From positions 181,722,001-181,786,000 of the forward strand of contig NC_091987.1 of NCBI RefSeq assembly GCF_044704955.1: DNA of 64,000 nucleotides, read 5' to 3'. The stretch comes from Pristiophorus japonicus. Lineage: Eukaryota. The notes beneath the pieces were generated by a model that was not told the origin of the DNA, ran no database searches, and was given only the letters and a program-made list of their open reading frames with translations. Shown here piece after piece: positions 12,950 to 25,005 of the stretch. The stretch's first letter is position 1. Every line of letters begins with the position of its first letter. The position numbers and the translations under genes are program-made.

Positions 12950-13117
12950 TTGGTATCAATCAACATTACAAAAAACAGATTATCACATTGCTGTTTGTGG
13001 GAGCTTGCTGTGCACAAATTGGTTGCTACGTTTCCCACATTACAACATTGACTACGCTCCAAAAGTACTTCATTGGCTGTAAAGTGCTTTGAGACATCCG
13101 GCAAGTCTTTCTTTCTT
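12950..13117 (+). mobile_element. Deu-domain SINE 3' fragment
   Basis: Matches 11230-11420. Confidence 0.75.
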
Positions 13118-13769
13118 TTAACGTGTGTGTGTGCATACACGAGGATGAATGTCTTACTCAAGTACATAACAATACAAGGGAACCCAGGAAGCTCTATTCA
13201 CCTGCTGTATGGAGGCTGGCTGTGCCGTCTCTGCCCACGTATTCTCACTATCCAAGTATGAGAAACTGTGGATGCATGAGATTCCTGCCAAACATGGGCG
13301 AGTTGGTTGGACTGCACTTCGGACTGAAGAAGCATGTCTTATTTGGTGGTGGAGGGGGAAGGAATGAAGCTATTTGATACTTGCACCACTTCCCCTTGTT
13401 TCTGCTCCCTGCACAGTTCTCAGGCTGAAAAGGTGGTCAGAAGGTGGCCATGCATTGGTGCTACACCACCAGAGGCATCAGAGCAGATCAGGGTATCTCC
13501 AGTTTCTCCACCCACCCTGCCAGGGATGCACCCGGGTTCCACTCAGCAAGTACCCCTGATAACATGACGAGCTAACTCACTGTCCATTGACCTATATATC
13601 AACGTGGGTAATGCCAACTTCATTTTGTGTTCAAACCAGGTGATTTTCACAGCTAAGTGAAAGTGACTCAACTCAGCAGGAGGCTTGAGCATCCCAGCAC
13701 AGTTATAGCCTGCTGCAGTTTGGGGAGTGTGGAAAGGAGCACCCTAGCTCGACTTATCTTTTTCTAACT

Positions 13770-14055
13770 TCTGCCATTACCATCTCAAATCGGCCCATCA
13801 TCCCATTTGTCTCTCTAATCTCTCCTGCCTTCCACCCTATCACAGACCTTCCCTTTTGTTCTTTCCTCCCCTCCCCCTTTCAGTGCTCCTTCAGAATCTG
13901 TTAATGTCGAACTTTCGCCAGTTCTGACGAAGGTGCATCGACCTGAAACGTTAACTTTGTTTCTCTCTCCACAGATGCTGCCTGACCCGCTGAGTATTTC
14001 CAGCATGCTCTGTTTTTCATTTCAGATTCCAGCATCCGCAGGATTTTGCTTTTGT
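13770..14055 (+). mobile_element. Penelope-like element terminal repeat (solo fragment)
   Basis: Matches 58930-59130 at the end of the Penelope element. Confidence 0.8.
13920..13956 (+). ncRNA. Minimal type-I hammerhead ribozyme motif
   Basis: AGTT-CTGACGA-AGGT(gcatcg)ACCT-GAAACGTT-AACT: stem I AGTT/AACT, intact CUGANGA and GAAA boxes, 4-bp stem II, palindromic stem III AACGTT. This is the arrangement known for Penelope terminal repeats. Confidence 0.7.
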
Positions 14056-14928
14056 GTTTGTGTCGTTGCAGAATTGCCTCTTGAAAGGGTTAATCAGAAT
14101 CCAGCTACACACCCTTTTAAGAGTTTAGTAATTACAGAGACCGGATGTAGGGACTGCCGATGACAAGTGGTTTGGGTTTCAGCATTTTATGGAGTTAATG
14201 TAAAATCCACATGTATTAGAGACGTACTTAAGCCCAAATAACTGTATTTATTTGCTCGAGGTAATTACTAAGCCTGCTGCTGTTTCCTACTCTCTTCGCT
14301 CCATCCCTGTGCTGCTGTGTGAAATCCACAGGAAGAGGCAGTCAGCCTTGTGTCCCCGATGCTTCACCCACCGGTGTTAGAAACCTTGAATGTGAGATGA
14401 GACCCAGCTGAAATCCTACCTTTCGGTTTCCTGATATAGAATGTTCCGAAACAGGGTTGTGATTCATTGCCATCTCTGACGATGTCATTGCAGGGGCAGA
14501 ACCCCCAGTGACGTGTTATTTTTAGCTATTCAGTCTTATTATTATGGACCTGGGACTCGTAATAGCTGCAATTACATGGAGGGGCTGACAATGCCTCACC
14601 TGTGGACAACTATTCCAACTCCTTCTTTCTCAGGGCCTCTAAACTGTGCAACTTCTCACTCTGCCCTTCCTGCCTCTTTCAGCTAATTGAAGCTTTCAGT
14701 CCCATAAGCATTGCTGTTTGATTCCTCTCATTACATCTCCTATTCTTCCCAGCCTTCTGCCAGTCCTGCACCAGAGGCCCGAGGCTTTATTTGTTCAATA
14801 AAAGGTTAGAAGGCCTCTTTCCAATTATTGAATGGACTTTAACTAAACTGTCTATTTTACATGCGTTGCCCAGGCTCCCAGCTAATGTGCTTTTAATTGT
14901 GCCTGTACCTAAATAAGGCAAAATCCTA

Positions 14929-15593
14929 GAGGCTATAAATCTATTTGCCTAGTGCCACTCGTTAGCCCCGAGGGGCCGCTAAGCACTTCCTGCCCGAGCA
15001 CCGAGCTGTCAGTGCCTCCCGCGAATGACAACGGAGGTTTAGCGGCGGCGCTGACAGTGAGCACGGGGCACTTTAGCGCCACCCACTGGACGACGTCACC
15101 GAGTGCGCAACGCCCCTGTAGCACAACGGTCGCAAACTTGACTGCTTTCGCCTGCCATCGCACCCGTCGATACTTCCCTCAGGGAAAGCAGGCATCACGG
15201 AGAAGCTGCTGGGGCGATATGTCCGAGGGGAAGCAGGCGGGCAGTTACAATGAATGTTTTTCCATTAATGCATCTCCCCTAGATGCTCCACTCTGTGGTT
15301 TGGCTGCCTTGGCTTTTCTGTAACTTTTCGGGTGGTCAGCTGACCTCCCCTTTAGGCGCTGGGACGGCGGTTTCCGAGCGGCAGAACTTCAGTCACGCTC
15401 CCGCGATAGCGGCCCAGGAATCAGGGTTAGCGCCCTGAGAGGAGAGTGGAACGCTTCCCTTAGCGCTCTACTCCCCTCTTGGGGTGCTAAAAGTGAATAT
15501 CCCGGTTCGAGGCGGTAAACATCGCCCGGCGCTAAAGTTAACGACCAGGCGGTGTCACCGCCTCACACCGGGCCATACTGAATTGATAGCCCC
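14929..15593. mobile_element. CpG-rich MITE-like DNA transposon (possibly PIF/Harbinger-related)
   Basis: Imperfect TIR GAGGCTATAAAT vs reverse complement GGGGCTATCAAT (10/12); abrupt CpG-rich block; related motifs at 43766-44438. Confidence 0.5.
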
Positions 15594-15887
15594 GAGAGCC
15601 TAATTCTGCTGCAGTCCTAAACTCTGAGCCCTCAGGCCACATCATGTGATTCTATATGCAATGTATGCCCAATACATAAATCATTCCATTCAATAGCTCC
15701 ATTAAACATTCTTATCAAGTTGCATCCTTATCATTTGATTGTGAAATCCTATGGCTTAAACACAACATGAAGATGGAACAGCCAACAATAAATGGTGGAA
15801 TGGCTCAGAGCTCTGAACTGAAACCAGGTGTTTCTTCACAGGCAAGGAGAGGAACTTGAAGAATGACGTACTCTTGTCTGCCCTTGT

Positions 15888-16310
15888 TAGGAACCTAAGA
15901 ACAGGAGAAGACCCTTCAGCCCCTCGAGCCTGTTCCGCCATTCAATGAGGTCACGGCCGATCTGTATCCATTTACCCATGTTGGCTCCACATCCATCAAT
16001 TCTGTTGGCTAGCAAAAATCTAGCGATCTCAGATCTAAACATTAATTGAGCTCGTATCTACTGCCTTTTGTGGGAGAGAGTTCCACACTTCCAATACCCT
16101 TTGCTTAAAGAAGTGTTTCCTAACTTCTCTCCCGAATGGCCTGGCTTTGGTTTTAAGTTTATGTTCTCTTGTCCCAGACTCCCCCATCGTGGAAAATGTT
16201 TCTCTCTGTCTACCCCCTCAATTTCTTTCAAAACCCTAAAAAGCCTCAATCAAATCACCCCTTAACCTTCTATATTCCACGGAATACAAGCCTTGTTTAT
16301 ATAATCTCTC
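15888..16310 (-). mobile_element. Old CR1 3' fragment
   Basis: GLYSVEYRRLRGDLIEAF peptide and CR1 3' UTR. Confidence 0.8.
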
Positions 16311-16430
16311 TCTGTGATTTTCCCCTTGGAGCCCTGTTTTTATATAACACTTGTAAACAACAAAGAGATTATTCTTTGTGGTAAGGACGTCAAAGGATAC
16401 AAGGTATAAAATGACCAGCACCATAGTCTG

Positions 16431-16930
16431 ATCATCATCATCATAGGCAGTCCCTCGAAATCAAGGAAGACTCGCTTCCACTCTAAAAGTGAGTTCTCAG
16501 GTGACTGTATATCCAATACGGGAATTATAGTCCCTGTCACGGTGGGACAGACAGTCGTTGAAGGAAAGGGTGATTGGGACTGGTTTGCCGCACGCTCCTT
16601 CCACTGCCTGTGCTTGTTTTCTGCATGGTCTCTGCAACGAGACTCGAGGAGCTCAGCACCCACCCGGATGCACTTCCTCCACTTAGGGCAGTCTTTGACC
16701 AGGGACTCCCAGGTGTCGGTGGGGATGTTGCACCTTATCAAGGAGGCTTTGAGGGTTTCCAAGAAACGTTTCCTCTGCCCACCTGGGGATCGCCTGCCAT
16801 GTAGGAGTTAAAGGTGGAGATGCCTGTGCGTGAGTTATTTTAACGTGGGGCAGCCGTTGTACACCGGCTTCCACACAGGCTTTACAGAGCAAGGTCTTGG
16901 TCCAGTGGCAAGGGGGTCCAAGACGATTGC
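16431..16930 (-). mobile_element. RTE LINE 3' fragment plus an adjoining RTE-tailed SINE piece
   Basis: TLKASLIRCNIPTDTWESL..KWRKCIR peptide and (GAT)n tail; 16810-16930 matches the family at 24022 and 34416. Confidence 0.8.
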
Positions 16931-17344
16931 AGTCTGATATCTAACACATGGCCATCAATCACAATCCTTGCCTCTGAGGTATGTGTTCTACCATCGCTCG
17001 ATGATTCTGTGTACACAGGAACATCCATTGTAGGCCAATCACCTTGTTTAGCATCTCACTCTCACATGCATTGTCTAGTGTTGTTTAATTTTCCAAAACC
17101 CATTATTCAGCTCCTGGATGGGCGATCTCATCATGAAATGAGACTGAGGAGCTCATCGAGGGAAAATAAATCCTAGCGGGTGTGGAAATGTATGGGATTA
17201 TTCAGCTGGTAGAGTTCTGGGTTGGTAAAATGGGCACCACCAATACAGCAAATACTAAACGCAACACTGAAAATATGTGAACCCCTGGTTTAAAGTTCGA
17301 GAAATGGATCTGAGCACCAGCCCTTAGTGGAAGGGCTTCTGATA

Positions 17345-17950
17345 AATAAGAACATAATAAATAGGAACAGAAGTAGGCCATACAGCCCCTCGAGCTTGCT
17401 CCCACTCAATAAAATCATGGCTGACCTCACCTCCATTTTTCCATCCAATCTCCATATCCCTTCATTCCACTAGACTCCAAAAATCTATCTATCTCAGCCT
17501 TGAATCTATTCAGGGATTCAGCATCCACAGCCCTCTGTGGCAGAGAATTCCACAGATTCATAACCCTCTGAGTGAAGAAATTCCTCCTTACTCTGTCTTA
17601 AATGGCCTACCCATTATCCTGAGTTCTAGACACTCCAGCCAGGAGAAACAACCTCTCAGCATCTACCCTGTCAATCCTCTTCAGAATCGTGTATGTTTCA
17701 ATGAGATCATCTCTCATTCTTCTAAACTCCAGAGAACATAGGCCCATTCTACACAATCTCTGCGCATAAGACAACCCTCTTATCCCAGGAATCAATCTAG
17801 TGAACCTCCGTTGCACCGCCTCAAAGGCAAGTTTATCCTTCCTCCGATAAGGAGACCAAAACTATGCACAGTACTCCGGGTGTGGTCTCACCAAGGCCCT
17901 GTACAATTGTAGCAAGAATTCCTTACTCTTATATTCCAACCTTGCAATAA
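17345..17950 (-). mobile_element. CR1 3' fragment
   Basis: QRRFTRLIPG..GLCSLEFRRMR peptide and ATAAGAAC tail. Confidence 0.9.
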
Positions 17951-18199
17951 ATCCACCAAAATTCATTCTAACTTCCTTGTAGGAAGGTAGTAGGTATTAT
18001 CTATCCAGTGTCCGACAGAGGACATGATGGGGAGGGGCACGGAGATCACTGCAACCTCCATTGCTAACACTGACAGAGAGCAGGTTTACACTATGTCGAG
18101 GTTCATTGCTGGCAGCGTTTTGGAAGCTTGCTGTGTAGAACGGCTGTTACTGATCTTTTGACTAAATTCATTGTTCACTCGCCAACTTGAACTTTAACT

Positions 18200-18659
18200 A
18201 AAGAAAGACTTGCATTTATATAGCGCCTTACAGCACCAGAGGACATCTCAAAGCATTTACTGCCAATGAAGTACTGTTTGGACAGTAGTCACTATTACAA
18301 TGTGAGACATGTGGCAGCCAATTTGAGCACAGCAAGTTCCCACAACATGATAATGACCAGATAATCTATTTTTGTGATGTCGATTGAGGGATAAATATTG
18401 GTCAGGACAACGGGGATAACTCCCCTGCTCTTCTTCAAAATAGCACCATGGAATCTTTTACATCCACCTGAGAGCAGACGGGGCCTCGGTTTAACATCTC
18501 ATCCAAAAGACAGCACCTCCAACAGTGCAGCGGAGGCTCCCTCGACATTGCACTAGAGTGTCAGCCTAGATTATGTGTTCAAGTCTCTGGAGTGTGACTT
18601 GAACCCACAACCTTCTGACTCAGAGGCAAGTGTGCTATCCACTGAGCCACAGCTGACAC
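18200..18659 (-). mobile_element. Full-length Deu-domain SINE
   Basis: Reverse complement of 10961-11420, including the tRNA head. Confidence 0.85.
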
Positions 18660-18861
18660 TATAAGAAATAAATCTTTTAAAAAAAGAATAAAGTTGGACT
18701 TTGATTTAAATGAGGGGCTGGTCAGAAAGGCTGGGATAAGGTACGCCAGCTTTCAGAGAAAGAAACCAGTGGGACACCGAGTGGGAGTGGGAGTGGGAGT
18801 GAGGTGAGTCTGGGGTCCGGGGACTGGGCCTGCCACCTGACGCCTGATTGTGTGCCGCCCG

Positions 18862-18980
18862 ATGGTGATGCTGAGGTGTTTCCCGCCCCCAGCCCAGGGG
18901 GTCCGGCTCCAGCAGGCCGACATCGTGGCGGTACTGAACGGCCAGGAGCTCGGCACCGGCACCCTGTACATTGCCGAGAG
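18862..18980 (+). CDS. CLNS1A: First coding exon of CLNS1A (methylosome subunit pICln)-like; functional gene or orphan fragment unresolved
   Basis: Manual translation MVMLRCFPPPAQGVRLQQADIVAVLNGQELGTGTLYIAE(S) matches the recalled vertebrate pICln N-terminus (FPPP..QQPDTEAVLNGKGLGTGTLYIAES). It ends in phase 2 at the donor AG|GTGAGG (GT at 18981). It is not in the ORF track. Confidence 0.85.
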
Positions 18981-18984
18981 GTGA

Positions 18985-19312
18985 GGGGGCCTGGGGGGGA
19001 GGGCGCGGGGGGGAGAGAGAGAGAGAGAGAGTGGAGGGAGAGAGAGAGTGTGGGGGGGGGGGGAGAGAGAGTGTGGATGGAGAGAGAGAGAGTGTGTGGA
19101 GGTGGGAGAGAGAGAGTAGAGGGAGAGAGAGAGTGAGTGTGGGGGGGGAGAGAGAGTGTGTGGATGGAGAGAGAGAGAGTGTGTGGAGGTGGGAGAGAGA
19201 GAGTAGAGGGAGAGAGAGAGAGTGAGTGTGGGGGGGAAAGAGAGACTGTGGGGGGGGGGAGAGAGAGAGAGAGTGGAGGGAGAGAGAGAGAGAGAGTGAG
19301 TGTGGGGAGGGG
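18985..19312. repeat. G/A-rich compound microsatellite with higher-order repetition
   Basis: (GA)n, G-runs and repeated GTGTGGATGGAGAG/GTGTGGAGGTGGGAG blocks. Confidence 0.95.
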
Positions 19313-19319
19313 GATAGAA

Positions 19320-19497
19320 TTAGATATATTCAAGAGGGAGTTAGATATGGCCCCTACGGCTAAAGGGATCAAAGGGTATGGAGAGAAAGCAGGAAAGGGG
19401 TTCTGAAGGAATGATCAGCCATGATCTTATTGAATGGTGGTGCAGGCTCGAAGTGCCGAATGGCCTACTCCTGCACCTATTTTCTATGTTTCTATGT
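19320..19497 (+). mobile_element. CR1 3' end
   Basis: GATATATTCAAGAGGGAGTTAGATATGGCC through a (TTTCTATG)n tail. Confidence 0.9.
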
Positions 19498-20079
19498 TTT
19501 AATGAATATATGGAAAAACTGGGGATTTAGGGTGAAAGGCAGAAGGATTTAAGGCAGACAGGGCTACTGTTTTATAGTGACTGATTAAGTCCCGTTTCCT
19601 TTTTGTTGCTGAATAGATTTTTTTGATGGGTACAGGGTATTGTGATTCTGATTAGGCCCCTGGGTTTCTGGTGATTGTGGAAGTCAAACTCTGTGAGGTA
19701 TTTTTACATGGGATTTTCCTGGATTTTTAACCGGTATTTTGGGGATCATGTTACACCGTTCCATTCATTTTTCCATGAAAACCACAAGTCAGCAGCCTTG
19801 GAGATAGTGGGAGGAACAGACTTGTGGCTGCATGCTAGCTCGCGTTTGTTGTCAGCCTCATCAAAGCTAGAATGTGAGTTGGATTTTCCAGCTTTGCTCA
19901 ACATACTCCCTCTGCTGGTTAGATATAAAATTACAATATATATTTTTAAACATGAGGCAGTCCTCCACAAATTCCCTAAGTTATAGTGATTAAACTTCAA
20001 AGTACACTTCAAATGTGAGGTTTGAGAAAGGCTCTGTATAAATGCAAGTCCTTTCTTTCCAAATGTAATGCATTCTGAA

Positions 20080-20348
20080 TGTAATGTATTGGTTCATGGA
20101 TTCTTTTCTTAAGAATTCATAGCAACACATTGCTATTAAGAACTAGTTGGTTTATTAGCAATGGTTTAACAATCACACTACACATTACCAGTTCATCCAC
20201 CAGGCTCGCAACCACCTCATCGTGTATTCCCTCAACCCAACTGGCTGGGGCTTTATTGAGTCTTGTGAATACGACGTGACTGACTAAGCCACTCCTAACT
20301 CAATAGCTCTACAGACCTGTGAGCATCCTCACAGGTGCATACATCACA
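20080..20348 (-). mobile_element. Solo LTR, family A (empty Tx1 target site)
   Basis: TGT..ACA termini, 5-bp TSD CTGAA/CCGAA (1 mismatch), AATAAA on the minus strand, single TGTAGAGCTATTGAG at 20299-20313. Confidence 0.85.
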
Positions 20349-20431
20349 CCGAACATTTTGCACCATTTATTGAAACGTTTAAAAACTCCTGCTAGTTTCT
20401 ACTTTTAAACCATTCTGAAGATCAGGACGGT

Positions 20432-22082
20432 AAACATAGAAACTTAGAGACATAGAAAATAGGTGCAGGAGTAAGCCATTCAGCCCTTCTAGCCTGCACC
20501 ACCATTCAATAAAATCATAGCTGATCATTCACCTCAGTACCTCTTTCCTGCTTTCTCTCCATACCCCTTGATCCCTTTAGCAGTAAGGGCCATATCCAAC
20601 TCCCTCTTGAATATATCTAACGAACTGGCATCAATAACTCTCTGCGGAAGAGAATTCTACAGGTTAACAACTCTCTGAGTGAAGAAGTTTCTCCTCATCT
20701 CAGGCTTACCCCTTATCCTTAGACTGTGACCCCTGGATCTGGACTCCCCCAACATCGGGAACATTCTTCCTGCATCTAACCTGTCCAGTCCCTTCAGAAT
20801 TTTATATGTTTCTATGATATCCTCTCTCATTCTTCTAAACTCCAGTGAATACAGGCCCAGTCGCTCCAGTCTCTCCTCATATGTCAGTCCTGCCATCCCG
20901 GGCATTAGTCTGGTGAACCTTTGCTGCACTCCCTCAATAGTAAGAACGTCCTTCCTCAGATTAGGAGACCAAAACTGAACACAATATTCCAGGTGAGGCC
21001 TCACCAAGGCCCTGTACAGCTGCAGCAAGACCTTCTGCTCCTATACTCAAATCCCCTAGCTATGAAGGCCAACATGCCATTTGCTGCCTTCACCGCCCGC
21101 TGCACCTGCATGCCAACCTTCAATGACTGATGTACCATGGCACCCTGGTCTTGTTGCACCTCACCTTTTCCTAATCTGCCGCCATTCAGATAAAATTTTG
21201 CCTTCATGTTTTTGCCACCAAAGTGGATAACCCCACCTTTATCTACATTATACTACATCTGCCATGCATTTGCCCATTCACTTAACCTGTCCAAGTCACC
21301 CTGCAGCCTCTTAGCATCCTCCTCACAGCTCACACTGCCAGCCAGCTTAGTGTCATCTGCAAACTTGGAGATATTACTCTCAATTCCTTCATCTAAATCA
21401 TTGATGTATATTGTAGGTAGCTGGGGTCCCAGCACTGAGCCCTGCGGCACTCCACGAGTCACTGCCTGGCATTCTGAAAAGGACCCATTTATCCCGACTC
21501 GCTGCTTCCTGTCTGCCAACCAGTTCTCTATCCATGTCAATACATTACCCCCAATACCATGTGCTTTAATTTTGCACACCAATCTCTTGTGTGGGACCTT
21601 GCCAAAAGCCTTTTGAAAGTCCAAATACACCACATCCACTGGTTCTCCCGTGTCCACTCTACTAGTTACATCCTCAAAAAATTCTAGAAGATTTGTCAAG
21701 CATGATTTCCCTTTCATAAATCCATGCTGACTTGGACCAATCCTGTCACTGCTTTCCAAATGCGCTTCTATTTCATCTTTAATTATTGATTCCAACATTT
21801 TCCCCACTACTGATGTCAGGCTAACCGGTCTATAATTCCCTGTTTTCTCTCTCCCTCCTTTTTTAAAAAGTGGTGTTACATTAGCTACCCTCCAGTCCAT
21901 AGGGACTGATCCAGAGTCAATAGACTGTTGGAAAATGATCACCAATGCATCCACTATTTCTAGGGCCACTTCCTTAAGTACTCTGGGATGCAGACTATCA
22001 GGCCCTGGGGATTTATTGGCCTTCAATCCCATCAATTTCCCTAACACAATTTCCTGTCTAATAAGGATTTCCTTCAGTTCCT
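20432..22082 (-). mobile_element. CR1 LINE, 5'-truncated
   Basis: RT ORF 21253-22047 with FADD; ATAGAAAC-type tail. Confidence 0.95.
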
Positions 22083-22209
22083 GATGCCAACCACTCCGTC
22101 ATCACATTGTGAAAGCTCCCCCAGAACCCAAAATAAAACTCCGTGCAAAAAAAGCCAAAAGAAATTCCAACTGATTCCGCTCGGTGTCTGACTTGGAGAG
22201 GGCTCTGCC

Positions 22210-22500
22210 CAACATGGTACTGAGTCGCACAGGCCAGACATTGTCCTGATCTGCACTGTTCGCTGTACTCAATCGAGGCAGCAGTGAGACGCCACCATTG
22301 TTCTCAATGCCCCCTGGGCGTAAGAAGGGAAAATACCAACCCGGATTACTGAGCCCGATCCTACAAGAGATCCCCAGGAAATGTATGGATGTCCAACGAG
22401 GACAGCATCAGCATCAGGCTCAGCGGTGACACCCCCCACGACTGAATGACCTGCTGACACCTACTGTCTCGGCACTCGCGTGATGAATAGCCACCTAAAG
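22210..22500 (+). repeat. Unclassified old interspersed repeat (related to 5940-6110)
   Basis: Shared GAGGAC..ATC.GGC.CAG.GGT.A.ACCC.CCA.G..GAATG.CCTGCTGACAC block. Confidence 0.45.
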
Positions 22501-22544
22501 GGCCGCAGCTCAGCAAAGTACACCGCCCGCGGGAGAGAAAAAAG

Positions 22545-22998
22545 AAATGAAAACATGTGTTTATACAGCGCATTTCATGACCACCGGACGTCTCAAAGCA
22601 CTTGACAGCCAATTAAGTACTTTTGGAATATAGTCACTGTTGCAATGTGGGAAACGCAGCAGCCAATTTTTCGCACAGCAAGCTCCCACAAACAGCAATG
22701 TGATAACAACCAGATAATCTGTTTTTGTTATGTTGATTGTGAGATAAATATTGGCCAGGACACCGGGGATAACTCCCCTACTCTTCTTCAAAATAGTGCC
22801 ATGGGATCTTTTACATCCACCTGAGAGAGCCAGCTTAACGCTTCATCTGAAAGACGGTACCTCCGACAGTGCAGCACTCCCTCAGCACTGCACTGGAGCA
22901 TTAGCCTAGATTTTTGTGCTCAAGTCTCAGAAGTGGGACTTGGACCAACAACCTTCGGACTCAGAGTCAAGTGTGCCACCCACTGAGCCACAGCTGAC
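22545..22998 (-). mobile_element. Full-length Deu-domain SINE
   Basis: Reverse complement of 10961-11420. Confidence 0.85.
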
Positions 22999-24021
22999 AG
23001 AAGAGGAGTAAAAGGGCCAAAAATAAGTTCCTGTCAGAAGAGTATGTAAGATTCAATTGAACAAAAGACGTCACAGTTGTGGGTGTTTTCGAAGTAGGGT
23101 GGTTGAATGCAAAGGGTCGATGTTTTGCGGTTGCTCTCTCAGTAGAAAGCCTGGCCCACCAGTTCCGCCCAATCAGAAAATCACGCCGCACTGTCTGCAA
23201 GATTGTGGGCAGCCCACCGGCGATTTCCGACAGCAGGGCACCGATACTTCACACTGTCGTTACACCTGCAATTAGACTTGACGTCAGAAAGCTATGTCGC
23301 CCGTACTTCTGGGTTCCAAGGGTTTAACCGAGGCTTGTGAGGCAGCATGGTCTGTGATTGGCCCTGTCTTTTCTCAGTGCTTTGTCAGCTCTCCATTGGC
23401 CTGCGGTGTGCAAGAGCACAAGCGAATGCTAACTCAGAGAAATGGCATTTTTGCAGCGGGCAGTTTAATGATTTAACAGGAAGAGATTGTAAAACATGTG
23501 GAATCAGAGACTGCATCTTTGGTGCTCCGCTTTAATGGTCAGAAATCCCCAGCGCAAAGAAAACAGTGCAAGTGAAGGAACTCTCAGTTAAAAACACCTC
23601 ACTACAGCGTCACCTGAAACCTCCATTAATATTGCAGCTGGAAAACTGCACTTGACAAATGAGCTGATTTGCTGTGAAAGAGCGACTGTAAAGACAGGGG
23701 GACAACGACGTGTGAATAACACGTGAGTAGACTCACCCTGGGGGACTGGGCCTGAATAAAGCCCACATTGACGGCATGGAAAGCTCCTCTTGGCACGAAC
23801 TGCCGATGAAACGTGGCATCTTCGCGTCCGTCTAGTTCAGCATTACGCCGAGCACAGCCTTTACCTACTGGGCCTCTGGGGAAACCGTAACGCACTAAGG
23901 TGGAGCGCCCCTCAAGAATTCCGCGGCACTCCCAGACCTGCAGAACCTGCGGCAGGTTTCACCGCACAGAAGGATCCCAGTTGTCCGGTTGTCAGTATGG
24001 TGATCGCCTGCCAACAGCGTT

Positions 24022-24634
24022 GTCATAGGCGGTCTCTCGAAACGAAGATGACTTGCTTCCACGTCAAAAATGGATAAGTTCACAGGTGTTTCATTGAAGG
24101 ACCTAATATTCCAGATCCCGAACTACATCTTGAAGGGTGGAAGACGCCTGTGCGTGAATTTTTTTAACATGTGGTGACCGTTGCACATCAGCCACCACAC
24201 AAGCTTGGCAGAGCTACATCCAGTGGCAAGGATTAACCAAGACAACTAGAGACCTGCTCTGCTGCACGGTCCTAGTGCGCACACATATCGCAGTGTGGAC
24301 TGGCCCGTGCTGTCCCTGGGTCCTTGGCTCTTCTGAGCCCCGAACTCACGCCTCTCCTGGGCCCCGATTATGTCCCTCTACAAACTCTTGCCGCTCCTTT
24401 GCCCCTGCCCACACTGCAATCAGCGACCTGGATTTGGGTAATGTCAAATCCATTCATCCTCTTCGCAGCCGTCGCTCTCCTGCAGCAGCACACGCTGCTC
24501 CCTACAGTGGTTCGCCGTCGCACACTGCTCCCTCTAACGATCCCGGCCTGCTGATGGTCTTGCAGGCCGGGACCGTACCGATTTACGGGTCGGGCCGCCG
24601 CACGTTGCTCGCTCTAATGGCCCCGGCCTGCTGA
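24022..24634 (-). mobile_element. RTE-tailed non-autonomous retroposon with a GC-rich repetitive 5' part
   Basis: Terminus TCATAGGCGGTC.CTCGAA..GATGACTTGCTTCCAC resembles RTE 3' ends; body shared with 34416-34980 and 42130-42340. Confidence 0.65.
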
Positions 24635-25005
24635 ATTGCATATCGGAGAGGCTAGTGGTGGTGGTGCGGGGGTGACCCCAACATTGCAGAGGTGATCCAC
24701 ACTGTGCCTGGGTGCCCGAGATTGGCGCAGGGAGCAGAAAGTAACATTCTAACCCAACATCTTGCAGCTACAGAGGATGCAGTGGTGAAGCCCACTCCTG
24801 CAAGGGAATTCTTCACCAGGAGGTGGTCACCATGATGTTCAGCCCATGGGAGTGGATGCTAGCCCATTCATGAGGTGCTGTGGCTGGGACCTGCTCAGTA
24901 CTCAGTTCCTGCTCAGTGTGCGCACAATATGCACCCACAATGCCAAGCTACTGATCCCATCACTCTCTTCCCCCTCCCTCCTTGGCAACCCCCTTACACT
25001 AAAAC

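Noticed and set aside
18722-19406. Track ORFs over the GA repeat
   Set aside because: Low-complexity artefacts; the real signal is the short CLNS1A exon in another frame.
18700-19520. hAT TIRs around the CLNS1A exon
   Set aside because: I looked for CAGTGG/CAGGGG-type TIR pairs with an 8-bp TSD and found none convincing.
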